From Pirellula staleyi DSM 6068 (GTDB lineage: Bacteria > Planctomycetota > Planctomycetia > Pirellulales > Pirellulaceae), in assembly GCA_000025185.1 (NCBI GenBank), contig CP001848.1, positions 4,830,001 to 4,862,000 of the forward strand: a DNA stretch of 32,000 nt. The letters run 5' to 3'. Positions 17,715 to 28,311 of the stretch are shown here, piece by piece; the stretch's first letter is position 1, and every line of letters begins with the position of its first letter. The translations under genes were made by a program, and so were the position numbers. The notes below the pieces were generated by a model. That model ran no database searches. It saw nothing but the letters and a program-made list of their open reading frames with translations, and was not told the origin of the DNA.

Positions 17715-19142
17715 GTGAATCGACTCGTCCAACATTTACTACACTATCTAACTACACTCACTCTTACCAGTTGCGTGTTCGCTGCCGCGTTTTGTGCAAC
17801 AAAACAAGCGTTTTCCGCCGATTCTACTCGTGTACCTAATATAGTAGTCATCCTGATCGATGACATGGGGTTTTCGGATTTGTCGTGCATGGGATCGACG
17901 TATTACGAGACGCCGTCGATCAACAAACTGGCTGCCAGTGGTATGCGATTCACCCATGCGTATTCAGCGTGCACAGTCTGCTCGCCGACACGCGCGGCTG
18001 TGCTGACCGGAAAGTATCCTGCGCGATTGCATCTGACCGACTGGATTCCGGGACAGATGAGCAACAAAACCAAGCTCAAACTCCCTGACTGGAACAAACA
18101 GCTGAATCTCGAAGAGATCACACTAGCTGAATTGCTCGGCGCTCACGGCTACACCACAGCGAGCATCGGCAAGTGGCACTTGGGCCCGCCCGAGTGCGAA
18201 CCAACGCGTCAAGGCTTCTCGCTCAACATCGGTGGCAACTCCAAGGGACAGCCACCGTCGTATTTCTTTCCTTACGAACGCAATGGCGTTCTGCTGCCAG
18301 GTCTAGCGGAAGGTAAGCCCAACGAATACCTCACGGATCGACTCACCGATGCCTGCGAGGCGTTCATCGAGGAGAACCAGTCCAAACCTTTCTTCCTCTA
18401 CTTGCCGCACTACTGCGTTCACACGCCGCTGCAAGCGAAGCCCGAGTTGATCGCCAAATACGAAGCGAAAAACGCTCAGTTTCCTGGCAATCCGCAGCAT
18501 GAAGCCAAGTATGCCGCGATGGTGGAGAGCCTCGATCAAAGTGTCGGCCGCATCATGGCGAAACTCGATGCACTCGATCTCACGAAGAAGACAATCGTGA
18601 TCTTCACCTCCGATAACGGTGGACTTGTGCTTCGCGAGATTACGTCGAATCTTCCAGCCCGCGCTGGGAAAGGTTCAGCCTACGAAGGGGGCGTCCGTGT
18701 GCCGCTGATCGTCAGCTATCCGCCGATGATTAAGCCAGGCACCACGTGCGACGTTCCAGCCATTAGCATGGATCTGTTCCCTACGCTGGCTGAACTGAGT
18801 GGCGCGAAGTACTCGCACGATATCGATGGCAAGAGCATCGTTCCCTTGCTCGAAGAAAAGCCCGATGCTTTTGCTGCGCGTCCTCTCTACTGGCACTATC
18901 CCCATTATCACGGTGGAGGTGCGACCCCTTATTCGGCGATGCGTGTAGGGAATTATCGACTTGTCGAGTTTTTTGAAGATGGCAGGCTAGAGCTCTACGA
19001 TCTTGCCCACGACATCGGCGAAATGAAAAACCTCGCTCAGGAGAAACCTGATCTCACCGAAAAGCTTCACAGGCAACTGATTGCTTGGCGTAAGTCAGTC
19101 GATGCTCAGTATGCTACTCCACGGGAAGCAGAGCCGAAGTAA
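17715..19142 (+). CDS. Sulfatase (arylsulfatase family), secreted
   Basis: PNIVVILIDDMGFSDL and the formylglycine motif CTVCSPTRAAVLTGKYP. GTG 17715 follows AGGAG (17702-17706) and gives a signal-peptide-like N-terminus. The track start is TTG 17685. Confidence 0.85.
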   Translation: MNRLVQHLLHYLTTLTLTSCVFAAAFCATKQAFSADSTRVPNIVVILIDDMGFSDLSCMGSTYYETPSINKLAASGMRFTHAYSACTVCSPTRAAVLTGKYPARLHLTDWIPGQMSNKTKLKLPDWNKQLNLEEITLAELLGAHGYTTASIGKWHLGPPECEPTRQGFSLNIGGNSKGQPPSYFFPYERNGVLLPGLAEGKPNEYLTDRLTDACEAFIEENQSKPFFLYLPHYCVHTPLQAKPELIAKYEAKNAQFPGNPQHEAKYAAMVESLDQSVGRIMAKLDALDLTKKTIVIFTSDNGGLVLREITSNLPARAGKGSAYEGGVRVPLIVSYPPMIKPGTTCDVPAISMDLFPTLAELSGAKYSHDIDGKSIVPLLEEKPDAFAARPLYWHYPHYHGGGATPYSAMRVGNYRLVEFFEDGRLELYDLAHDIGEMKNLAQEKPDLTEKLHRQLIAWRKSVDAQYATPREAEPK

Positions 19143-19151
19143 GCGATTGAT

Positions 19152-19173
19152 GTCGTGGCGCAATTACCCACGA
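19152..19173. terminator. Hairpin between convergent genes (possible bidirectional terminator)
   Basis: GTCGTGG-cgcaattac-CCACGAC, a 7-bp perfect stem. There is no clear U-tract. Confidence 0.35.
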
Positions 19174-19193
19174 CTCGATTGTCGCGTTGAGCA

Positions 19194-20471
19194 TTAATCG
19201 TCGCGCCGCAGGTTGGCGTTGACGGTGGTATGCGTTTGGATGTACCACCGTTTCCAAGCCGCTTCGTCGTAGCCAAAGTTGATGCCTGGATTCAGCACCG
19301 CGAGTGCTGACAGGGCCATCTCGTTTTTCAGATCTTGCGAGATGATTTTGGGCTTACCACCCATGCTGAGCCCACCCATACCTCCGCCGCCACCGCCGCT
19401 TGAATCTCCCCCGAAGGATGCCCCTAAACTGCCAGGGGCTTGTCCGGTGGTGATTTGAAACTTGTGCGTTGTTACGAGAGCATCAATGAGTGCGAGTGTG
19501 GCCTCAGGATTTCCGAGCCCACCTAAACAATGGGCGGCGCGATTCACCACTAGGTTGTCTTTGCTCGTGAGTCCCTTAGTGAAGTAACCAATCGCTTCAA
19601 CGACTCCACGTCGACGCAGCTCATCGAGGCACTTATCTCGCAAATTTGCATTGGGATCGTTGAGCGCGATCTCCATGAAAATGCGATTGGCTTGTCCCGA
19701 GGGAAGTTTTGTCAGCACTTCGAAACAGAGCATGCGAAGCGTGATCGGATTTTTGATGTCGGCCACTACGTCGCAAAGTGCAGGAACGGCATTCACATCG
19801 CGGATTTCGCGAATCGATTGCAGGGCCTCTTCGCCGCGCTTACGTCCGAGTTGATCGACCCAAATCTTCAGCTGACGTCGCCACTCTTTTTCTGCCAGCT
19901 CGCGTTCGCGATCGACGGCTGCCAGTTCGACATCTTGCCTCAGCATCCAGCGACCTTGCGATCGCACATAGCCTTGGCCTTGCATGAAATCTTCGGTTGT
20001 CATCCACTCGCCACCAAACTTGCTATAGCCGAGAGCTAAGCGAGCTTCTTCGTGGTCGGGCTCGAGTTTGATGATTTCGCCAAGATGGAATTTCCGCTGA
20101 GTGAGCAGTCCCGCTTCCTTGCACCACTCAGCCATGCTCCAGTTGCCGGCAGCCGTGGCGGGCATACGTGGTAGTAGCATCTCGTACTGCTTCTCGACAT
20201 CGGTCTTCACCACGACGCGGTCGATTTGGTCGGCCGCCATCGTGAGGGTGACACCGCTGGTCAGCCGCAGTTCGTAGGGGTCGCTGGTGGCGCGATTGCG
20301 GTTGAGGATCTCGGCCTCGATGCGACCGCCACTTTTAAGCAGCAGCACCTCGGCCGCAGCGCTCTGCGAAACGCTAGTAAAGGTAGACGCCAAGGCTAGC
20401 GCAGCGGCAGCTATGCAGCGAGCTTGCTTCGCGCTAAACCATCGCGTCGATTGGCTAGATTGCAGACTCAT
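19194..20471 (-). CDS. Secreted HEAT-repeat protein with a Gly-rich C-terminal segment
   Basis: The ATG at 20471 gives MSLQSS...AAAALALASTFTSVSQSAAAEV, which looks like a signal peptide. HEAT/PBS-lyase-like repeats: NAVPALCDVVADIKNP..., NDPNANLRDKCLDELRRRG, GNPEATLALIDAL. Glycine run GGDSSGGGGGGMGG. Confidence 0.6.
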   Translation of the reverse strand: MSLQSSQSTRWFSAKQARCIAAAALALASTFTSVSQSAAAEVLLLKSGGRIEAEILNRNRATSDPYELRLTSGVTLTMAADQIDRVVVKTDVEKQYEMLLPRMPATAAGNWSMAEWCKEAGLLTQRKFHLGEIIKLEPDHEEARLALGYSKFGGEWMTTEDFMQGQGYVRSQGRWMLRQDVELAAVDRERELAEKEWRRQLKIWVDQLGRKRGEEALQSIREIRDVNAVPALCDVVADIKNPITLRMLCFEVLTKLPSGQANRIFMEIALNDPNANLRDKCLDELRRRGVVEAIGYFTKGLTSKDNLVVNRAAHCLGGLGNPEATLALIDALVTTHKFQITTGQAPGSLGASFGGDSSGGGGGGMGGLSMGGKPKIISQDLKNEMALSALAVLNPGINFGYDEAAWKRWYIQTHTTVNANLRRDD

Positions 20472-20666
20472 GGCGTAAATTCCTCGTGCCCCACACTTTA
20501 CTATCATACATCGGAGGGTCGGCGGTCCAGTAGAATCCGCAACCTTCTCGGATGTAGTAGGGGGCTAAGGCAGGGAAGTTACGCAGAAAAAACAAGCGTT
20601 TCAGCCCACAATCCCCGAAAATCGGCAAAATCGGGCAACGCTTATCACCAGGGAGGGGAAGGTGGC

Positions 20667-21263
20667 TTAGGTCCAGCGTTTTGGCATGTGAACGGCCCGG
20701 ACATCGATGTAGGCCATGCCGGCCCGTCGAGCCGCTTCAATTCCGAGATCGGCATCTTCGAACACGAGACAGCGATTGGCGGGGGTGTTCATCCGGCGGG
20801 CTGCTTCCAGGAAGACATCGGGCTCGGGTTTGTGCCGCGTCGTGTCCTCGGCTGTCACCAGGGTATCAAACCACTCGAGCACGCCAATCTGCACCAACTG
20901 CTTTTGAATCACGTCGCGAAAACCACCACTGGCCACCGCCATCGGCTTTTTTCCTCGGCAATTCTTGGCGATATCGACAATCGGCAGGATCGGCTGAAGT
21001 TGATCGAGATAGGCGAGAAACGCTTCTTCTTTCTCGTGAGCTACAGCCTGCGAATCGATCGCGACACCGAATTCATCCGCAAGCATGGCGACGATTTTGT
21101 TACTCGGCATGCCGCCGAGCGAGTAGAAGCGGTCTTCGCCAAACTCGATACCGTAGCGGAGCATCGTGTCGCGCCAGCCCAGATAGTGCAGCGGCATCGA
21201 ATCGGTGAGCGTGCCATCGCAATCAAAAATCAGCGCATCAAACGTACCGGGATCGTGAACCAT
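20667..21263 (-). CDS. HAD-superfamily hydrolase (beta-phosphoglucomutase-like subfamily IA)
   Basis: Motif I is LIFDCDGTLTDS, and the C-terminal motif is FEDADLGIEAARRAGM. The first ATG is at 21263; the track start 21362 is TTG. Confidence 0.75.
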   Translation of the reverse strand: MVHDPGTFDALIFDCDGTLTDSMPLHYLGWRDTMLRYGIEFGEDRFYSLGGMPSNKIVAMLADEFGVAIDSQAVAHEKEEAFLAYLDQLQPILPIVDIAKNCRGKKPMAVASGGFRDVIQKQLVQIGVLEWFDTLVTAEDTTRHKPEPDVFLEAARRMNTPANRCLVFEDADLGIEAARRAGMAYIDVRAVHMPKRWT

Positions 21264-21568
21264 GTTTCGGAAAACCACCGCTGGCAAAAGTACAAAGCTG
21301 GGGTGGCGTCCATTGCCACCTTGAAAACTGTAAACGCATTCTACCGCTCCTTCTAGCGACAAACAAACCGCCCGTAACTCGCTTGTTTAGCATCGCTTAA
21401 TCAACACCTTTTAGCGTGGCCCGTTCGGCACCCAATCTCCCCTCACTCGAGTCTGGTGGCAGCGGCTTGAGCGTTACCCCTCAGCTGCCTGCCGCTTGCC
21501 TTATCGATCATTCCTCTGTGCCCAGCCACTCGACAGCTGGGGGAGCCCAGCCCCGTCATGTGTACTAT

Positions 21569-21597
21569 TTGACACTAAGTGAACATGTGGATACAAT
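21569..21597 (+). promoter_or_regulatory. Sigma-70-type promoter: TTGACA, 17-nt spacer, TACAAT. It ends 6 nt before the polymerase ATG
   Basis: The -35 TTGACA (21569-21574) matches consensus 6/6 and the -10 TACAAT (21592-21597) matches 5/6, with an exact 17-nt spacer. The ATG is at 21604, so a leaderless or near-leaderless mRNA is implied. Confidence 0.5.
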
Positions 21598-21603
21598 TCC
21601 GCG

Positions 21604-22800
21604 ATGCTCATCGCTCACCTTGACGCCGATTGCTTCTACGTCTCCGCCGAGCGGGTACGAGACCGCTTTCTTGCCGACAAGCCGGTGGGGGTGCTGGGGA
21701 ATCAAGGTGCTTGCGTCATCGCCAAAAGCTACGAGATGAAAAAGGCCGGGGTAAAAACCGGCGAGCCGATTTGGGAAGCGCTCACCAAATGCCCCGACGG
21801 AATCTACGTGAAGCGGGATTTTCGCTGGTACGAAGTGCTGTCGCGAGCGATGCTCGATGTGGTTCGCGAATTCTCACCGCAGGTTGAATACTATTCCATC
21901 GACGAGTTCTTCTTGTCGGTGGATCAATCACCAGCGTCGTTTGCCCACGAACTTCAGCAGGCCATTCTCGACCGTGTTGGTGTCCCGGTCACGATCGGTG
22001 TCGCCCGCACGCGCACTCTGGCAAAACTGGTGTCGGATCTCGCGAAACCGTTCGGCGCACTGGCCTTGATTGGACGTGAAGCGGAGGAGCAACTGCTGGC
22101 CTCGCGCCCAGCTTCGGATGTGACCGGCATCGCGGAGCGTAGTGCTGCCAAGCTGCGATCTTTCGGCATTGTTACCTGCCTCGATCTCGCGCGCGCCGAT
22201 CCCACCCAGGTTCGTTCGGTGCTAACGGTGACGGGCGAGCGACTCTGCTATGAACTGCGAGGAGAGAAGTGCGTTCCAATCCAGTCGAAACGACCGCTGC
22301 ATAAGATCGTCTCGCGCGGCGGTTCGATCGGTGCCCCCAGCAGCGATCCTGCTATCCAGTGGGCATGGTGCGTCCGCAATCTCGAGCGGCTGATCGAGGC
22401 TCTCGAGAGCTACGGGCTTTGCGCTGGGAAACTGGCCTTCGCTGTCGACTACAAGCATGGCCCCACATGCGCCGCAGATACCAGACTCACATTTCCCACA
22501 ACACGATTTGACATGCTGGTCGAAGCTGCTCGCCACCTCTGGAAACAGGTGCAGATGCAGGGGCTGCTGCTTTATCGCATGCACTACTTTGCCAGCGAAC
22601 TTCAGTATCCTGGCCCGCGCCAGCTAGGACTTTTTGAACCTACGATTCGCGACGGACTACACGCTCTCAAAAGCGAAATCAACTCTCGCCATGGGAGATT
22701 CGCGCTGCGCAGCGCGGCCACGCTTCCACTGACCGAGATCTACGCCGATGAATCCCACAGTTACGAGATTTGCGACATCGCTGGAAAAACGTGCTTCTAG
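21604..22800 (+). CDS. Y-family DNA polymerase (UmuC/DinB-like translesion polymerase)
   Basis: MLIAHLDADCFYVSAE (catalytic Asp region), PVGVLGNQGACVIAKSYEMKKAGVKTGEP (compare UmuC VVVLSNNDGCVIA) and YYSIDEFFLSV (the catalytic D-E pair). Confidence 0.8.
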   Translation: MLIAHLDADCFYVSAERVRDRFLADKPVGVLGNQGACVIAKSYEMKKAGVKTGEPIWEALTKCPDGIYVKRDFRWYEVLSRAMLDVVREFSPQVEYYSIDEFFLSVDQSPASFAHELQQAILDRVGVPVTIGVARTRTLAKLVSDLAKPFGALALIGREAEEQLLASRPASDVTGIAERSAAKLRSFGIVTCLDLARADPTQVRSVLTVTGERLCYELRGEKCVPIQSKRPLHKIVSRGGSIGAPSSDPAIQWAWCVRNLERLIEALESYGLCAGKLAFAVDYKHGPTCAADTRLTFPTTRFDMLVEAARHLWKQVQMQGLLLYRMHYFASELQYPGPRQLGLFEPTIRDGLHALKSEINSRHGRFALRSAATLPLTEIYADESHSYEICDIAGKTCF

Positions 22801-23228
22801 GTGACCTCGTGGACGGTTTAGCCATCGCCTATAGCGATCTTCCGCTCGAGCTAATCGAGCAAAGTCGCTTGCAAAGATTAGTGCACGAACGCGGAGGAGA
22901 ACGCGAACTCTGGTTCATGCGACGAGACCATCGCCCCACGCTCCCCATCTGGCGCAGTGGTCGCCTCGAGATTGCGCCGTGGGGCCGCAAAGGAAATGGC
23001 CTCACATGGCAAAGCACGGTCGACATGGGGCTCTGGGTCGGCGCCGAGCCGGTCGAGGTTCGGGCCAACGTCGGTTTTGATGGCGGGGTCTGGTATCGCA
23101 TACGCCAAGGAATACGTGGCCTCTACGCTGCTGGCGAAGTATTCCTCATCGTTGTGCCCGCAAGTTACTACTACCGAACCATGACTCGCAAAGAGCGCAT
23201 GCCCTCCCTTATCGGCGAAGCCATTTAA
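22791..23228 (+). CDS. Hypothetical protein, apparently translationally coupled to the Y-family polymerase
   Basis: The ORF is open from TTG 22770. GTG 22791 lies just before and overlaps the polymerase TAG (22798-22800). No family recognised, and the start is uncertain. Confidence 0.4.
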   Translation: MLLGDLVDGLAIAYSDLPLELIEQSRLQRLVHERGGERELWFMRRDHRPTLPIWRSGRLEIAPWGRKGNGLTWQSTVDMGLWVGAEPVEVRANVGFDGGVWYRIRQGIRGLYAAGEVFLIVVPASYYYRTMTRKERMPSLIGEAI

Positions 23229-23291
23229 TCCAACGCACGATCTACTGTCCCCGCAGCAAAAAAGAATAAATCCAATCCAGCAATCCCACCT

Positions 23292-23792
23292 TCACTCCAT
23301 CAACTCTACGCCTGCGAATTTTTGACCTTCCCACGAACAGTGCTCAAGGTTCAGTTGGAAACGCATAATCCTTGTATCTTCGCCATATTGATCAAGGTAC
23401 TTCTGACTCATATTCCAATAGCGATTCTCATCACCACCACCTGTGACATGCTCCTTCAACACATCCAGCGACATAACAAAACAATGCACTTTCGATCCAC
23501 CATCAACGACAATTGCATAAAACGGAATACATTTAAAAGCTCTACATGCAAGCTCAGCCTTCTTAAACCCATCGATAGGAATCGTAATAGAAATCCCTTC
23601 GGTTCCAACATATCTAGATCGACTCTTGACTGAGATGCCCCAAACGTCAGTTGACGATGACGGTCGTGCAATAAGATCGATGCCTGTATGATCAATCTTT
23701 GCACATTCATATCCATGCTTCGATAGCCAATAGAGAACAATCGCCTCAGAAAAGTCGCCGGTGATTTTTGAATGACGTGAACTCTTCTTCAT
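23292..23792 (-). CDS. Hjc-like / PD-(D/E)xK-fold nuclease-like protein in an AT-rich singleton
   Basis: The pattern GDFSEAIVLYWLSKHGYECAKIDHTGIDLIARP...WGISVKSR resembles archaeal-type Holliday-junction-resolvase/restriction-endonuclease cores (E ... D-L-I-A ... x-V-K), with Ser at the usual second acidic position. ATG 23792; the track start 23807 is TTG. Confidence 0.45.
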   Translation of the reverse strand: MKKSSRHSKITGDFSEAIVLYWLSKHGYECAKIDHTGIDLIARPSSSTDVWGISVKSRSRYVGTEGISITIPIDGFKKAELACRAFKCIPFYAIVVDGGSKVHCFVMSLDVLKEHVTGGGDENRYWNMSQKYLDQYGEDTRIMRFQLNLEHCSWEGQKFAGVELME

Positions 23793-23873
23793 GAGGTACC
23801 AATGCAATCAAAATTGATAGGTAGTGTTCGAAGCTTATTTTGGTGATCCCAAACGTTTTTGAACAACCGACCA

Positions 23874-24353
23874 TTACGGTTCGGCGAGCATGGCGCGGAA
23901 GAGAGCAGCCTCTTCTTCGGGCATCGTTTTCAGAAGGGGACGCATCGTGTAGTTGCCGTGCATCTTGCCATTCTTCATGTACATCCAGTCGCTGATCTCT
24001 TCCTTCTTCACTTCCCACGACTGCCCAAGCGTGACGTTTTCCACGATGCCAGCATCGTTGCCGATGACTCCCTTAAAGACGCCATTGGCATAGGTGATTT
24101 CACCGAGCCAAAAATGCTCGGTACCGTTGCTGTCGGTGATCGGAACCTTCACACCAAAGTCCTCACCCTCGCCGGCATTCATCTTGGCGATGAACGTATC
24201 GACTTCGGACCGAGCCCGTGCGATGGCGGCTTCCATTTCAGCCTCGTCGTAGCCCATGTCGTGGAGAGTTTCGGGCTTCGAAGTGGCCGAGCAACTTGCG
24301 AAGAGCATCAGCCCGAAAATCATGAGCAACGACAAGTATTTCATTCGCTTCAC
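23874..24353 (-). CDS. DUF2314-family lipoprotein
   Basis: Signal peptide plus lipobox-like LFASC. EHFWLGEITYANGVFKGVIGNDAGIVENVTLGQSWEVKKEEISDWMY matches the DUF2314 (YegJ-like) pattern. GTG 24353, or alternatively ATG 24344. Confidence 0.65.
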   Translation of the reverse strand: MKRMKYLSLLMIFGLMLFASCSATSKPETLHDMGYDEAEMEAAIARARSEVDTFIAKMNAGEGEDFGVKVPITDSNGTEHFWLGEITYANGVFKGVIGNDAGIVENVTLGQSWEVKKEEISDWMYMKNGKMHGNYTMRPLLKTMPEEEAALFRAMLAEP

Positions 24354-24436
24354 CAGTGTTCAAGAGAATCCAAACCAGCACTGTCGTAGCAGCCTAGTGA
24401 ATCGACGATGGGTTGTCCACCAAAGTTAGTAAGGGC

Positions 24437-24481
24437 AAGAAAACGAAAAAGGCTCGAGCATTCGGGGAGAACGCTCGAGCC
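24437..24481 (-). terminator. Rho-independent terminator of groEL
   Basis: 9-bp perfect stem GGCTCGAGC / GCTCGAGCC (24451-24459 and 24473-24481), followed on the - strand by TTTTTCGTTTTCTT. A second 8-bp hairpin, GTCAGGTA/TACCTGAC, lies at 24510-24531 between the groEL stop and this terminator. Confidence 0.7.
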
Positions 24482-24559
24482 TTTAGGTTTTCAATTGCGT
24501 TGAGGGCAAGTCAGGTACGATCTTACCTGACCTACAGAAACGGCGAGGGACTTGTACGA

Positions 24560-26200
<1,641 letters not shown>

Positions 26201-26269
26201 CTAGGCAAACCAAGTTGAATATGTTGTGGGAAGGTCTCGCTGCGCGATGGTTTGATCGGCGGAGACTTT

Positions 26270-26291
26270 AAGACTTACGTGAGGAAGTCTT
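26270..26291 (-). other. Intercistronic stem-loop between groES and groEL
   Basis: AAGACTT-acgtgagg-AAGTCTT, a 7-bp perfect stem, within the 116-nt groES-groEL spacer. Confidence 0.35.
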
Positions 26292-26301
26292 CGGGCGCGA
26301 T

Positions 26302-26634
26302 TTAGTCTTCGAGGATGGCGAGGATGTCTTCTTCGCGCATCAGGAGGAGTTCGTCGTCGCCGACCTTGAAGGTTTCGCCAGCCCATGCCGAGAAGAGGAC
26401 GCGATCGTCGACCTTCACTTGCAGGGTGCCACGGGTGCCGTTGTCGAGCAACTTGCCGTTGCCAACCGACACGATCACGCCACGAGCAGGCTTCTCTTTG
26501 GCCGAATCAGGCAGAACGATGCCGCCAGCGGTCTTCGACTCGCTCGATTCGCGGCGGACAACCACGCGGTCGCCGAGAGGCTGAAGTTTGAGTTGGGTCT
26601 TGCTGGGCTTCTTCTCTTTGGTCGCGGTCGCCAT
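26302..26634 (-). CDS. groS: Co-chaperonin GroES (Cpn10) with a ~15-aa N-terminal extension
   Basis: LKLQPLGDRVVVRR...TAGGIVLPDSAKEKPARGVIVSVGNG... GGAGGA lies 9 nt upstream of ATG 26634. Confidence 0.95.
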   Translation of the reverse strand: MATATKEKKPSKTQLKLQPLGDRVVVRRESSESKTAGGIVLPDSAKEKPARGVIVSVGNGKLLDNGTRGTLQVKVDDRVLFSAWAGETFKVGDDELLLMREEDILAILED

Positions 26635-27280
26635 GCGTGAAGTTCCTCCAAAGGGGAGTTCAGGTGGGAATAGTCGAGTCAGGGGCCAATGTTTCGAGAC
26701 TTACGAAACCAGCCCGCTGCCAAAAAAGCAAAGGAACGAAATTCTGCGACAGCATAGGGCAAGTTGCGCGCCAGACACTTTACGAATTTATGTAAACACA
26801 TGAGAATAAAGTACTTACAAAACCTTTAGCCAGCAGCTATCAGCCCCCTAACTCTTCATAACTGCCATTTTGGCAACTGGTTTCAGCGACCCCAGAGGAC
26901 GAGCGTCGATGGCCATTTCAGCAGTCGAGGCGTAAGACCGGGTTGAAGATAGGACAAGCCGAACTGCATGCACTTTTCCGGGAAAGCGCGGTCGCCTAAG
27001 AGAGGGCCAAACCCTGCTGCTGAACGTTTTTAGGAAACCGTTGTTTCTACTCCGAGCGGAGGTCAGAATGATGTCGCGACGAGATCTCGATCCTGCGGCT
27101 CTGTTCTGCGCCCAACGGGGACTCGTTTGACTGACCACCTAAGCCGCTGTCGCATCGCAGCTCCCAATGACCGCAGTGATGACTGCCACACTACTTCGAA
27201 ATCTTCCATTTACTCGGCTCGAGTGTGTGGGGAGAATCCTCGAACATCGATAGCACCCATCGAACTAAGGAAGTTTTGGT

Positions 27281-28216
27281 ATGCCGATCAAAGTGTCGTG
27301 TGCATGTGGCAAGAGCTTTGCTGCTCCCGACAATCTCGCTGGTAAAAAGGTGAAGTGCCCGGCCTGCCAACAGCCTCTTGCAATTCCTGCAGCAGGCCCA
27401 CAGCCCGCACTTTCGCCGCTGGGACCACCATCTCCAGCAGCCGCACAACCTGGCTCGCCCTTGCCTAGCCTCAGCGCCCCCAATTCACTATTCGACGAAG
27501 CGGGCATGAAAGCAGCACCGCCGGGCACCATCGCTTGCCCTGGCTGCACGGCCCCTCTGGCTCCGGGCGTCGTGCTGTGTGTGAAGTGCGGCTACAACAT
27601 GAAACTCGGCAAAAAGATGGGGACCACAGTCGTCTCGGCCGACGGTGTTGCCACCGGATCGTCCGGACATGGGCACCACGGCGACGTTGCCCAAACGCTG
27701 CTCGCCCGAGCAGCTGCTTCGATTGCAGAAGATCGCAGGGCCGAACTCGAAAAAACACAATCGGGCGTCCCCTGGTGGGTCTATCTATTCGCACTTTTCA
27801 TGGCGGTCGGATTTCTGATCGGAATGACACTTCTGCCCAAGCATGTTGCCCTCTACGCAGGAGCATGCGTCATCGTCATGGCTGGTTTAGGGATGTGGTT
27901 CTTTGGCTGGATCCGAGTCATCATGATTGCGTTTGAAGATTCCGCGCTCCATGGAATCCTCTGCATGACGATTGGCTTTTACTGGATGTATTACTGCTTT
28001 GCTCACTGGGATCGATGTAGCCCGTTCTTCATGATGAACTTTGCCAGTAGCTTTGTAGTTGGAGCGGGCGTCGGCATGTATGAACTGGGGGACTACTTGA
28101 AAGATGGAGGTGAGGAGACACGCAACAACATGCCCACGAATCGGCCTGTGATCGTAGCAGTTGTCGATCACCCCCTGACCACCATTGCTGCTCTCAGCCA
28201 CCCGATTGCCTGCTAG
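27281..28216 (+). CDS. Membrane protein with N-terminal double zinc-ribbon and a Pro/Ala-rich linker
   Basis: MPIKVSCACGKSFAAPDNLAGKKVKCPACQQPL and IACPGCTAPLAPGVVLCVKCGYNM. The C-terminal half is hydrophobic, with several predicted TM helices. Confidence 0.65.
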   Translation: MPIKVSCACGKSFAAPDNLAGKKVKCPACQQPLAIPAAGPQPALSPLGPPSPAAAQPGSPLPSLSAPNSLFDEAGMKAAPPGTIACPGCTAPLAPGVVLCVKCGYNMKLGKKMGTTVVSADGVATGSSGHGHHGDVAQTLLARAAASIAEDRRAELEKTQSGVPWWVYLFALFMAVGFLIGMTLLPKHVALYAGACVIVMAGLGMWFFGWIRVIMIAFEDSALHGILCMTIGFYWMYYCFAHWDRCSPFFMMNFASSFVVGAGVGMYELGDYLKDGGEETRNNMPTNRPVIVAVVDHPLTTIAALSHPIAC

Positions 28217-28311
28217 TAGCCAACACTTCCAGAGAAGAACGCACCACCGACGACAGTAACCTGGGCAACTCCTACCTTCACCACCTCGCGCGCGAGGAAA
28301 GGACGAACTCG

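Noticed and set aside
20424-21356. 310-aa ORF on the + strand
   Set aside because: It is antisense to the HAD hydrolase and to the upstream region of the HEAT-protein gene. It has no motifs and a TTG-type start, so it is a shadow ORF.
26830-26848. GGGGGCTGATAGCTGCTGG on the - strand, resembling the canonical tmRNA 5' end (GGGGCTGAT...)
   Set aside because: A tmRNA starting here would run into the groES promoter and coding region. I found no T-arm or CCA-proximal acceptor sequence, and no plausible tag ORF ending in hydrophobic residues.
26932-26945. CAACCCGGTCTTAC on the - strand, reminiscent of the RNase P RNA P4 3' strand (ACAGAACCCGGCTTA)
   Set aside because: The obligatory partner GAGGAAAGTCCGG motif is absent from both strands of the region.
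26848-27138. 96-aa ORF on the - strand in the groES upstream region
   Set aside because: It has an Arg/Ser-rich composition with no motifs or RBS. It is more likely non-coding.
28284-28297. 14-bp perfect palindrome CCTCGCGCGCGAGG just upstream of the esterase start
   Set aside because: It is a short GC palindrome in a 95-bp intergenic spacer with no U-tract and no second copy. There is not enough evidence to call it a terminator or an operator.
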